The notes beneath the pieces were generated by a model. The model saw only the letters and a list, made by a program, of their open reading frames with translations, did not search any database and had not been told where the DNA came from. A DNA stretch of 64,000 bases from Octopus vulgaris. Lineage: Eukaryota. Shown here in pieces: positions 1-13,091 of the stretch; position 1 is the first letter of the stretch, and each line of letters begins with the position of its first letter. The translations under genes and the position numbers were made by a program. The DNA is taken from positions 76,198,001 through 76,262,000 of the forward strand of contig OX597814.1 of assembly GCA_951406725.2 (NCBI GenBank). The letters are read 5' to 3'.

Positions 1-327
1 CCAATAATTCTGTATAAATATAAATCCTTTTGTATGCCATGTCCAAGGAAGGACAACTGCTTTACTGATATCTATTGAAGCAAAAATGTATCTCTTAATT
101 GTTCACCCCAGACTATTCTTGTAAATTTTAAATTCCACTTTGGAACTAATTTCAATAGCCACTAAAGTTTTAACTTCACTGGAAGCACAACGATAAACCA
201 AGAATTTCTCATATTTATCTTTGAGCTTCATGCCACTCATAATCTTTAAACTAGGTCATTCATTTTTATTCTTCACTATTCTCAGTACTGGTGGAGACCC
301 TCTCCTTCCAGCTTTCACATCCTAGAC

Positions 328-500
328 CAGTGGTTCCCAACCATTCTTTCCCTATGGACTCCTTTGATTCCTATTTAACTTGGGTGGACTCTTCATAACT
401 ATTTGACTTTTTTCAAATTAAATGTTATTAGGAATTGTACCAAAAAAAAAAAAAATTCTGTGTATTGTAGAAAGTTGAGAATCAATTCTAGACATTGTTG
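328..500 (+). mobile_element. hAT (Charlie-like) MITE 5' end
   Basis: tcctagac|CAGTGGTTCCCAACC start; similar to the element at 13453-13647; right end not found. Confidence 0.45.
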
Positions 501-1632
501 GGTCACTGAAGAGCAGACAGTTGCCTATGTGCTTGGAATACAAAGGTACATAAAATATTATCCTCAATCCAAAGCAAAAAGTATACATGCCTGTATTTTA
601 TACCTTTGATAAAATACCAAGACAGCCGGAGATGATCATCAAAAAGTTTTGAGTGTCCATGAGGCTTACCCCCAGTCTGGGTCTCACTAAAGAGAACCAT
701 CTTTGGGAGCCAGTTACCTGGCATCTGAATCACATGGCCAACCCAGCAGAGAAAGTAACAAAGGATGCAGGCCTCAAGAGATACTTCCAAAATAGCAGAA
801 CGAATACACCTATGGTAGTGGAGCATCATCATTAAGGATGGGCTGAGTACAGAAATTAAGTTTTTCACATGTTATGCACTGTCCCACTCAACTGGTTGTT
901 AATCAGAAGGCATGAAAGTCCATGTGTGATGCTGGAGTGGAGAGCACTTTGAAACTCAACACAGAAGACTACATAAGATGTTACCAATCCACTGTGGCTG
1001 TTACAGAATCTTGCCAGTCACATCCACTCCCATGAAAAAAGATGTACTGAAGGATGAATATCCTGGATCAATGCTGTCATAAATTTACACACCAGAACAC
1101 TTCAAAATGTTAAAACTATCTTATCTGTAGCAACAGATTTTCTCTGAGAAACAATGCTTATTAGAATTCTATTACACACAATTCATTTGTTTCCCTGGTT
1201 TTATTTCTGAACTTTCTCACCACTAGTTTTTAATGTAGAGAGAAGACTTTACGCAAGAATTCAGACATCAGCTAAGTAATCATGTTACATACATGGATGC
1301 AGGTCAGAGTAATTTGTTTACATATGTGGGTTTCCACATACTTGTACACCACAGGTATAAAATTCTGTATCGTTTTTCATATTACTTCCCTGGAACACTT
1401 GAGCTTCGTGAAACCCACTTTCTAAATATTCGTGCTGCCTCAACAATTAGTTATAAACTAGGCATATACATGTACACAAACACCAGTTGCTAAAGAAATG
1501 TAACCTTTGTGCATGTGCATCAAGGGTCATGAAAGTGTTTGGGCCAGTTTATAGCAAAAGAGGAATCTATGTATTTATGGAAACCTTCATATACATCTAA
1601 ACATTGCTGTTTTGCATTGATTACATAAGTAT

Positions 1633-3090
1633 CACTGTGCAGCACTCAAAAAAGTACGAGAGATCTGTGGCCATTTTTATATGCAAAATGACATGGGAAA
1701 TCAATTTCTGGCCTTCTTTTTGTTGAATTAGGCATGGTTTCTACAGAATTGTCACTGTATACCCTTTTTGTCATTATTATTAAATAAAATTCTCTATTAC
1801 ATTGTAAAATGGTTTTCAACCCAGGCCAATCTTAGTAACACCTACAATGTGATTCGAAGCTTGTGTTTAATGTTATTTTTTATCTTTCAGATCTTATTTG
1901 TTTTCAACAAGGAGTGCAAAAATGATCCAGATTCTATTATATCTGTGGGGAATTGACTTTTGCAAAAGAAAGTGTAGTGCTCAATGCCATATCAAGAAAA
2001 TATACAAGGCATACTTCGATTGTTACTTAGGAGACCAGATAAGTCATGGGCTCCTCATGTGTGAAAGCATTGAGTGCCTGGTATGCAGGAAAAATGTTCA
2101 CATTAAGTTTGGTGTGCCAATGATTTGGCATGAGCAGAAAGATCACTCTAACGATAGCTATTTCTGTTACCATGACTTGTGCAGGGATCTCTAATGAAAG
2201 AGAAAAGTGACTGGCATCAAGAACGTAATCTTGAGAAAGGAGTGAAAATAACACTGTACAGAAAATGTACAGAGGATCTGCTTGCATTATTCACCATGAA
2301 GGATTACTTAGGCTTTTGTAATGACATCGCTGAACTTTTTGAGCAACTGAAAATACCATATGATAAAACCAACTGACGACTTTTCATAAATGCATCCAAG
2401 CTGTTCTACTACACAATAGTAACACTCTGCCTTCTGTTCCCATAGCTTATAGAACAATTATGAAAGTATCATATGAAAATCTGAAAGCAATTCTATCATA
2501 CAGTATGATGACCATACCAGGCATATTTGTGCAGATTTTAAGGTTGTGGCCATGCTTACTGGCCTTCAGCTTAGCTATATATTTTGCTGCTTCCTTATGA
2601 AATTCCAGAGCAAGAGCTGAATATTATGTACGCAAGGATTGGCCGATCCAAGATGAAATTGAGCAAGGAAAACACATGAACAAACTACTTGTGAAAAGTG
2701 ATAGAATTTTTTTTTACTACCTTTGCATATTAAATTTGGTTTGTTTAAGGAATTTGTGAAAGCCTTCGACAAGGAATCCTCTGCATTTGCATATCTTGCA
2801 AAAAAGTTCCCTTCCCTGAGTCAAGCTAAAATTAAAGGTTTCTTCATAGGTCCCCAAATTCGAAAAATTGTACTTGATGAAACCTTCATCACACATCTCA
2901 AGAGAAAAGAGAAGCTTGCCTTTAAGTCATTCAAGAAAGTTTGTGATAACTTCCTGGGCAATCATCGTTCAGAAGACTATGTTGTGAATGATCTGCTGAG
3001 TCATTATTATACGGGATGTAATATGTCTCTAAAAGTTCATGTGGTTCACTACCATTTGGATTTTTAGCGAAAAATCTTTTTGTTGCAGTG
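1633..3090 (+). mobile_element. Decayed Chapaev3-like (CMC) DNA transposon with frameshifted transposase
   Basis: Termini CACTG...CAGTG with 3-bp TSD TAT; fragments FGVPMIWHEQKDHSNDSYFC and LHIKFGLFKEFVKA...KFPSLSQAKIK...GPQIRK...MSLKVHVVHYHLDF resemble Chapaev3 transposases. Confidence 0.75.
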
Positions 3091-6000
3091 TATTCTGCCT
3101 TTTTGTGTACACATCTAAACATTGCTGTTTTGCATTGATTACATGAGTATTCAGCCTTTTTTGTGTATCAAGGACTGCATTATTTAATGTAATACACTTT
3201 ATTGAAGACAGATGCTATTCTAGCAGATCAAACTTTATTTTTGTCCCTTCAGTATGAATGAGTGTATGTTTAATGTATGTAGTATATACACTTGTATGCA
3301 AGAAATAATTTTGAAAATATGGAAGAATTTAGTAAACTAATTTGTCTGATGTTTGGAATAAGTTAACATGAAATCCTGATTATAAAACAATTTGTTCCAC
3401 AAAACCAATGGTAGTTTGGTATCAAAAAAAGTTTAAAAAAAAAAAACTTTTTAATCTGGTCATCAAATACATAACTGAATTTAACAGCAGAGTCAACTAT
3501 TTGCTATTTTTATTCACAGAACACAGACATTACAAAGGTTAGGTAATATTTCAAATCTCCTAAACCACAACTTTCTGCCAACAACCATACCTTCAATTAA
3601 CTGATGTTTACAATGATAATAGACTCAGAGTTATACTCCAAGATCATTGTAGATTTACAATTTTTTGTGTTAGCCATAAACCCCAGTAGCCTGTTTTGTT
3701 ATAAAAGTGAAGGAAACTAAAACACACACAAGTGTCCCAATTGTCACTTCAAGGGGTAATGTTAAGTAGAGTTACATGGTTTCCCTTGTCGCATGTTGAA
3801 TGTAGACAACAGGCAAATGGATTGACCGAATGAAATTCTGTTATAATTTCAAACAATTTATGACCCTGTCCAACTTCAGCCATGCTTATCCTCTATTTAG
3901 ACATCACATACAATTATATCTTATTCATGAAAAAAGTCATCTAGAAATTTAACAGCTATTTCTAGCAGAGAAATTGCACAAGGTTCTTACAGAACAGGGT
4001 GGTTTCCATAAGAAACAGAACTCTACCATTGGATTTCATGAAGTCAAACTCTGGAAAAACTTTGGCATGATTTCACTGTCCCACTGACAGACTTGATTTT
4101 GCAGAACCATTAAAAAAAAAATTACTTTCACATAGTATCCTGATTGTACCAATGTATATGGTTAATCTAGGTTTCAAAGCAGCTGATCATATTTTGAGTG
4201 AACTTTCGTTTAATTACATAACATTTACATAAGTTCCTTAAGAGATCTTGGTACATAAAATACAATGTCTTCATAGCACCGTAAGCAGGACACCTGCAGA
4301 GAAAATTTCCAACAAGAGTCTCTGGAATCGTTCCCTGTTACCATATCACCAGTATATGCACAACTACAGGAGCAAAAGCACCTTCACTTCAAATCAAGAT
4401 CACCAGCCCCAACAATATCATTCACTCTGAAATGATTCTTGATGCATGTTAATGTTTAAGTTATCAGTATCAATGTTTGGAGACCTTCAAAGAAATGCAA
4501 CTTTTGTGCATGTGCATCAAGGGCCATGAAATGTTAGTAACCACCTTAATCCGTTTTCCACTATGCCTTGCTATAGCTCTGCTTTACTATAATTACCATG
4601 TTGTTGTTTGTACAAGTGAAAACAGTCTATTTTTCATTTTATTGGATGCTTCCCACCAGATTGCACAATGCACTGTTCCCAAGGATTAATACCCAGCTAC
4701 TGTATATGAACTGCTCACAATTATGAAACATATATTAATGCCTTAAGAACTCTTGCAATTTTTCCAAATAATGATCATTCTTATGTACATGATAACGCTA
4801 TTCCTAGCAAATATTATTCATATTTAGCTTAGACACATCAGGTCAACTCTGCACTGTTTCCATGGACAGTGACACTAAAAACATACCTTAATGTGATAGC
4901 ATTAAGTTCACAACCAGAAAATACATAGCCCTTGATTAGCTAAAGTAAAGATCAATGATGAAATACTTTTCACGTCAATGTGTGCATGACTGCTGCCACA
5001 TTTTATATCTTTGAGAGAATTAAGTATATCTCACCAGGAGAATTGGGAATGATCATGAACAATGCACCTTATTTGAGACTAATCTGCCTCATCAATGAGT
5101 ATTATATTGCTCACACAATACCTATACCTGATAAATGGTAATCAAATTGATTCATAATTGGTTGCTATCTTTCCGTATTTAGTTTCATGACCATGAGTGA
5201 ATGAAGGTTGCAGTAGAACAGGATTTCATATCTCCCATTCCCAAAAGACTCCTTTGATCAAAATTTTCATGGAAATTGAGTTTTAGGTGATATACTCAAA
5301 ACGAAGCTTTGTCACACACTTTGCTATTGCAAATATGTCAGAAGTACATAGAGTCAGTATATAACTAAGGAGACAACAAAAGATAATAATGGAAAATTCA
5401 TTGAGTGCTATAATATAAGGGCTGTGTAAACCAAGAAAACTGGTAGGTCTGACATTGGACCAGCACTTACTTTATCATTCACTTTTGTCACCACATACAA
5501 CCTAATCCTATTCACAAAGCAGTCAACCTGAATCCACAGTTAAGGCACTGCATAATGACAATGAGCTCAAAACCACTTAATAGAAGAAAGTTTAATTACC
5601 TGTAGTCACCTGCAGTACATCTAAAGAAACAAATATTTGCAGTTATCAGATGACAAAGAGAAAATAGAAAAAAATTAAACAGATCAATACTCTCGTAAAA
5701 ATCAACATCCTATAACTACTGAAAAGTTATCTCCCTTAAAACCATTATGCCATCCCAAATTACTGCCAGTAAAGTTTTTGTAATCTGACCTAAAAGCATT
5801 CAAATCAAAAACTAACCCCACTGCCAAATTGGTTATCAGGTTCAAGAAAATTATCCATTACTATCAACAAATTTTAACGTTTTCAAACACTTCAATACTA
5901 GGATTTCTTCTAAATCTTTTTACCAAATATTGCCAAGTCTTGTTTTTCTTAGCAGGTTACAACTTTTAATTTCAGTCACCTTTATCGAAGGTAATTGTCA

Positions 6001-6117
6001 CTAATTATAAACTACTACCAACCTCCCCTCCCCCCGTCCATTGGACGGTTTGTATAGGTGAAGAGGGTTAACCTGGACGTTGTTAAAGAAGTTTTAATCA
6101 TCTGATGGACAGGCTAT

Positions 6118-6965
6118 AAGGATTACAAAAACAGCCATTCTCACTTTGAAACTGTCAATTTTGAAAATATTTTAAGATTATAGAACATGCCCACTCTATC
6201 CATGTTTAAAATTTCAGCACCATCAGATGAACAATGCTCAAGTTATAAGCACACAAATGACAGACCGAACAGTATTTATATATTAGATGAGCCGATGAAC
6301 GAGACCTCTACATGATAGCAAGACCTGGTAGAAATAACAGCCAAATCTCCCTCAAATCACACCTTACTGTTTATGCATATTTATTTATGAGCCAATGAGG
6401 GAGACCTCTACATGGTAACTATACCTGGTAAAAATAGTAGCCAAACCTTCAAAACACCCTACTGTTATCAGTTCTTTTACATTTGACTTGCTTCAAGTTA
6501 GATAAGCGTATTGAGCCCTCTGCATATAGAGAAAGGAAAGAAGACAGATAGCATAGCTACGGTTTTGGCTGACTGTCATCTTGTACTCACCTTGTTGCAA
6601 GCAAAATGGTATGTACCAGCTGTCTGAGCAACTCCTTGCTTTTAATGAACAGCATGGAAAAAATAGGACAAAAAGATTACAGAAATAGCGATTCTCTCTT
6701 TGAAACTGACAATTTTGAAAATCTTTTTAGATTATGGAATGCCCCACTCTCTCGTGTATCCATGTTTAAAATTTCAGTGCAATTGGATGAACAATACTCG
6801 CTATGTTCTGAGTTCAAATTCCGCCGAGATTGACTTTGCCTTTCAGGGTTAATGTAATCGACTTAATCCCTTTGTCTGTCCTATGTTTAGCCCCTTGTGG
6901 GCAATAAAGAAATAAATACTCGAATTAAGCGCACAAACAGAGAGAACAGGATTTATATATCAGAT
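6118..6965 (-). repeat. Two diverged copies (6118-6288; 6672-6965) of a Helentron/DINE-like fragment, the second interrupted by a SINE
   Basis: Shared gattaca.aaa.agc.attctc.ctttgaaactg.caattttgaaaat...tatccatgtttaaaatttcag...tttatatat.agat. Confidence 0.55.
6801..6914 (+). mobile_element. Truncated SINE with 8-bp TSD (aatactcg)
   Basis: B-box-like gagttcaaattcc and tail gggcaataaagaaata; aatactcg at 6793-6800 and 6915-6922. Confidence 0.7.
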
Positions 6966-8659
6966 TTTAAATTTTAGAGTTATTTCCCTTACACTAATTT
7001 TCTCGCACAGCAGGAATAACTTTTAATCCATTACCAACTAGATTGTCAAATGTAACGCCTATTCATTACTAGTTTTGAATTAATCATGCATTACCGTTTT
7101 TGGTTTGAGATTCCGATAATGTACTTGTTTATGAGACTGAATATGGCAAGTCTGCACATAAAATAGGTATATTTGGACTGATATTGTCAGTTTAAATGCT
7201 AAAGGGTTAACCCCAAATTATCCATAGTTAATTTCCTTCAAGTCATATTTAAAAAATGACTTGATAAATCATGATGAAATTATTTTCAAATCCCATACTC
7301 TTGCACAATACAATCAGTGAGAACTGAGATACGACACAGTGGCATGCAAATTCATGAGCAAGAAAACTACTACGCCAAATGAAATGTATGGTAACCTCTA
7401 AGATATAAACTTACTACTGCAGTTATTACTTATAGCTAGATGCCCTCCTGACACCATGTATTACTTTTTTAAAAATTTAACCTCATTAGTCTTTTAACTA
7501 AAACTAGTTCTTTTTATCTATTTTATTCTGACTTGTCAGTTTCAACGGCAAATAGCAGAATACACTTTTTCAGGACATCAAACTGTATGTGTTTTTAAAA
7601 CAAATTAACGTTTATGTTGCCAGTAGCTCATTATCAAGCTACATACATGTTACTTTGTTGCAAACAATAAGAATATTATTGACCAAATTTAAGAACATGC
7701 TAGAACCAACCTAAGCAAAAATTTCCATTTTGGGATACCCTACCCCATTGATTACTGAAATTTTGCCATACTTTCCATGAAAGTGATATAGCAATTCCAT
7801 TATAAGTGTTGCATTAATTTTTTTTCCCAAATTTACATCTAGCTATATTTAACTTTATTTTAGTTACATGCTCTTGGTTCAATGTTCCTGAGCTGAAGTG
7901 AATTTAACTAACTAATGGCAGTACTTAACAGGTACTGGGACTTTTATCAGCCCAATGAAAAATAGATCCTGCCAGTGACAGCTGCTGTACAAAATCACAA
8001 CTCCAAAAGACAAGTGAAACATATCGATGAAATGGTTAACTCCGTTGCCCCCCCCCCTATTTTAATTTGGTACATCACTTTTCCCATTTGATAACAAACC
8101 ACCCCAACACTAATCTAAATGAACGCTCTTAGACTGTTCCAAAGACTCATACTTTCATCAATTATATATTCCTTTTATCAAATAGAATTAAAATATTCAA
8201 CAATATATAACTCAATATTTTTGTCTAACTCCAAATATTTGAGGGTTCAACTCACTTAAAAATACCAAAATTATTTTCAAGGTTAATTTACTTTTACCTT
8301 CCAAATATCAAACTTTTATTCAAGCTACCTTGTAAATACCATAAGAGTTAAACAGTGAAGTGTTTGTATCAAAAATTCAAGCTGAATACTTTAGATGGAG
8401 ACACAGCAAAGCATCTAGCCAATTAGTTACCTATCATTCAGGCCAAAAAGATAAAAACCTGCAGTGCAAAAAGCAAAAAATTCTCAACTACACTAAATTG
8501 CACATGATAACCAACCAGTTAAATGAGAAACAAGATACCAGGCTAATTAAGCATATATCTATCTGCAGTATAAGGAAGATAAATTGTTTTAAACTAAAGA
8601 CTAGTACTTCTAAATGGCTAAATGCGTTATTCATATAAATTATAAAATAGTACTTTTAA

Positions 8660-9156
8660 CCCTTTAGCATTTAGATTACTGCCAAATGTATTTTTGTTCA
8701 CAAATGTCAACAATTTTTATAAGTAACTTTTAACATGAGGATTTATATACATATGTATTGGTTTTATTGTTTGGCTGTGATATTGTGAATAGTACTCTGA
8801 AGTTCATCCATTTCACTATAAAAATACCCTGTCATTAGTTGAAAATTCAAAAACATCTATATCCGATTCAGCCCAAGTCATTTTACATTTCTTTCTACCA
8901 AAATTTTTCAAATCTTCAGTTATTACAAAAATACCAAGCTCATCAAATCTTGTGCTGCTTAAAATAAAGCATTATTTACAATCATATTTAGGTAGAAATG
9001 GTTTGATCCCTACAATCATATTTAAGTAGAAATGGTTTGATATATTTTTTTTTAGAGATTGCAGGTTAGGTGCACGAGGTCAAGCCTGGCCAGTTTGAAC
9101 ACACAAACAGAGTATTTGAAGCAGGTACAAGTATAGCTTATTTAAATGCTAAAGGG
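8660..9156. mobile_element. piggyBac-type MITE (related degenerate copies at ~7020-7210 and ~14067-14285)
   Basis: TTAA|CCCTTTAGCATTTA ... TAAATGCTAAAGGG|TTAA: TIR plus TTAA TSD. Confidence 0.8.
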
Positions 9157-12100
9157 TTAAAATGAAACGTACACTCACCACGTTACACAAGCTGCTAAGT
9201 ATAACAATATACCAAAAGCAAATTTATGCTACTCTTAGTCTATCAATTTACCAGAGTGAACAGAAAATCATTAACTTTCAATTGCTTAAACCCCACTATC
9301 AATTTACAAAAAAAAAAAAAAAAAAAAAAGGCACTGTAGAAGAGTATCATGCTAAAATGTAAAGCAGAGACTTTGCAGCCAAGAACAGGATCCTACCTTT
9401 ACAGACAAATAAGCCTGGCAGTTGTAGAAGGAAACAGCTAAGCACATATTGAAAAAGCAGTTAACATGAAAAAATCTGCAGAGCAGTGGTCACACTGGGA
9501 TATAACGAGTGGATACCTACTAAGCAAAAACTGCCTGAAGTTTTTTTTTTTTATAAAATAAAAATGTGATTGTAAGATCATATCTAAAAGCAGAGAGCTT
9601 CAAATGTAATGCAAACACGAAACAGTAATGCCAAAATTATGTAGAAAATATCAAAAACCAGTCAACTGGTTTCAATACGAGGCCAGAATATCTAAGTAAA
9701 GCCTGTAGGAAAAAGAAAAACCTAGATATGCTTTTAGAATCCCCAAACCTTAAGTGAGTTTCAATAATTCCCATAATTTCACATTGACTGTATGGACACA
9801 AATGTTGATTACACTTACTTTTACACAACTAAGACTGAAAACTAACAAAACATTTAAAAAAAAGAAGAACCTTTTTATTTCTGCCATAATACAGCAATTA
9901 GCTGAAACGAAGAAACACTAAAAGACCATTACCTTTATTACCTCCAGTGCTTCAAGTGTTCATCAAGCCTGAACAGCAAGGGAATAAATCAGTGTCAACA
10001 TCCCCAAGATTTGCTAGTGCTTAACAAGTAGCAACATTGCTTAAAATATTACTATTAAGTTGACAAATAGTGGCTTACTTTCATATGAAAATGTGTGTAA
10101 AGAAAGTATAACTGTTCTTTAAAACATTAAGCAATCAATGGAAATAAATTCTATTTGCACATACAATTGAAAGATTTGACAACAAATCACCTTAGGCCAT
10201 TTGAAACTTCACACACAATACAGAACATTTCAATTTATAATAAAGCTTACAAAGCTGTGTCTAATATATGGTTACTGAATACTTGAGCTTACAACATTAA
10301 TTTGTAAATAACTGTTGTAACTTAGAATCCAAAATGACCGCTATAGTATACACTGCATGATGCAGAGAAACACCACTACTTACCTTCTTTCTTAAATTTG
10401 ATTGTTAATTTTCAAACAGATTTTCCTATCAAAGCCAAATCTTCTTCAATGACATTGTACATTTTCCATACGAGAAATATTCAGCAGGACAGTAATTTCA
10501 ATTTAAACTTTTCAGCCAACTTCAGTATTTTATGGTAAGCTTTCTAGCGGAGGTGTTTGAAGTATGAACCTCCAAGTTAAAAGACATTGCTTCTAACAAA
10601 TCCAATTCAAAGCAAGTTTCCAGCAGATTAGTGTAACTCAAGATTATAAATATCAACTATCAATCTCAAATTTAGTTGAGTCAAGTCAACATTCAGCAAA
10701 CAACCTATTTTATGTCTAGATTGCCAAGATTTAGAGTTAATCAAAGAACTGGGTATATATATATGTCTATGTATATATATATACACACACTAAACAGAAA
10801 TTTCATATTTATACTGACCAATTTTCACTTCTATGTAGAATTTGCCCCATTCAAAAATTTATGTACTTCTTTGATAAGCTTCATTAGAGTATGTAAATTA
10901 AGTACTGCCATCTCCTTCATTCTTAACATAACAGTCAGCTTTGTATCCAAAGTGTCGTGATATGTAATGTAATGAGGTGATGTTCTGTTCACAAGGAGAA
11001 AGACAGCTCTAAGGAGTGGTAACAATAGTGATGGGTCTTCGTTAACAAATAGTTCTTCATCATTAAGTTTCATACTTGCTGCTGCAAAAAGATCACAGGC
11101 AATATAATTCGAATGTGATAAAAAAAAATTGTCTTGGCTCTTACTGAGTTAAATTTTGAGCTGAAGTTATTGTGGGAGTAAAATTTTAGATTGAAATAGA
11201 AAATGTAATGTGCTCAAATCTAAAGTTAGATCTTGTCTTTTGTAATGAAGAAATGACTAAATATAAGGCAACAAATTACCTTAATTTTAGATGGTTATTA
11301 TCTTTATCTTTAACGTATAATGTTTGACAAATTATGAAAAGAAAACAAGTCTTGCCCTAAACAAGCAAACAAGTAACCATATAAAAGCAGAAATTAAAAA
11401 AAAAAAAAATTGAAGTTTCAGTGCTATTATAGTAAGAAAGTTTTCACCTTAAGATGCATCACTTTCATTTCAAGCAATATTGCCAAGTTCACTCATCTAT
11501 TATATTCCATTTCATGTAAGGCACACACCCATTTCCACTATAATTCTCTGTAATGGGAGGTAAATCCATACGCAAAGAACAAAACCTACAGAACCTAACA
11601 TTTTCTCTTCTCAACTAAGGATCCAGTCGAAATTTTACTAGAGCAGGGAATACTAATAGATCAATCTAATTTTGCAAGTGTCAATGTCAAATTGGTGTGA
11701 ATAATAACCACCAGATCCTTTTAATAAGTTTATTAAAACCAGAAAGTATTACACAGTCTTGCTAAACAGCAAAACCACAGGTTTTCTCAGCTTAAAAGAA
11801 CTATGAAGTTAAGAAAAAAGACAAAATTTCAGTGAACTTGAAAAGATTAAAAAAAAAATAAGAAAAAGTGCCCATATCTATAATATTTGAATTAAGAACT
11901 GATAAGTTAAAAGAATGGGAATGTTTTTAAATTTACAGAAATGGTACCACCACACCTCAATGTAACTTACATCTGATAAAGACCCCAGAAACTTTTTTTA
12001 TAAAATGAAGGTGATATAACATTATAAAGTTTAAAAGCCTAAATTTAGAAATTAGCAACTTGTGTTTTAACAAAACAAGACAAGCAAGAATATCCTATGT

Positions 12101-12158
12101 CAGTTCAGTCTAAAATAGTCAGCAGTCAGCTAAATCAAAATTGGAATAAAAATGTTAC

Positions 12159-12442
12159 CCATCTGCTCGATTCCAAGCGATCTTCTGGCTTCTTTACACA
12201 GCTAAAGACTTCTATCTTGGCATATCAAACCCATTTTCTCATTCCCACTTCTTAATTCACCAACTCATTATCTTCATATTTTTTTTATTATTTTATAAAT
12301 TATTTTTCTCATTTTTCTTAGCTTCCATGATTTTCATTCAGCCTATTCAGATTTTTCTTCTCAGTTCATTCTTTCTTCACGTTCAATCCCCTGATTTCAG
12401 AGTTCTTTCTTCACCAGCCCATTTCATTTCTTTCTTCATAAC
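12159..12442 (-). other. Candidate AGAA-rich alternative (poison-type) exon of tra2, 3' of the terminal exon
   Basis: tataaag|GTTATGAAGAAAGAA ... GATGG|gtaaca; 284 nt; three TGAAGAAAGAA copies; about 15 AGAA by hand count; in-frame stop at 12411-12413 when joined to exon 9. Confidence 0.65.
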
Positions 12443-12539
12443 CTTTATACAATACAAGAATAAGTAACATTAATTTTTGGGGACAAAAAGTCTGCAGTCT
12501 ACTTTTTTTTTTTTAACTCTTCATTTGATCCTGGCTTCA

Positions 12540-12589
12540 TAAAACAACAAAAAATGCTATAGATTAAGACACTCCCATTGATCTTTATT
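12540..12589 (-). terminator. Putative tra2 poly(A) signal AATAAA (12584-12589) with downstream U/GU-rich element; second AATAAA at 12767-12772
   Basis: Minus strand reads AATAAA followed about 30 nt later by ttttttgttgtttt, downstream of the exon 10 stop. Confidence 0.5.
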
Positions 12590-12818
12590 GAAAGTTGTTA
12601 ACAGTATAGCAGGGAAATAGACAGCACAAAAAAGAACTACAGCTACATATTTGGTTCTGGCTATAGAGGGAAAGATATGATAAATTGTGGAAGATGCATT
12701 TCTGCCTTAGAATTGCTCGGAATTTCCTCACAGGCACAAATATTGACTACACCATAATTATGTACATTTATTGAAGAGCTGCTTTTTACTGTAGGCTCAT
12801 CGCATAGGACAAAACATC

Positions 12819-12829
12819 TCAATAGTGAC
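12819..12829 (-). CDS. tra2: tra2 terminal coding exon 10 (R-H-Y-stop)
   Basis: tttgtttccctttttcctcag|GT CAC TAT TGA; strong acceptor; mirrors the vertebrate ...SPRRY* ending. Confidence 0.85.
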
Positions 12830-13052
12830 CTGAGGAAAAAGGGAAACAAAGAGAATCATGTAATAACACTGAAGCAACATAAAAGAAGGAGATGGACAGG
12901 CTGGGTTAAAATTTTTACATAAGGGAATTAAAGCCAATTACATATTTAGTAAAATGTACTGAATTTCTAAAATAACATTAGAAAAGAATTTTATAAAGTG
13001 CTTTAGTTTGGAACTTCAGTAAATCACAATGGATTTCTGAAACCAGTTACTC

Positions 13053-13091
<39 letters not shown>

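Noticed and set aside
1-300. Partly open minus-strand frame at the window start
   Set aside because: Interrupted by stops, with no recognisable motif or splice context.
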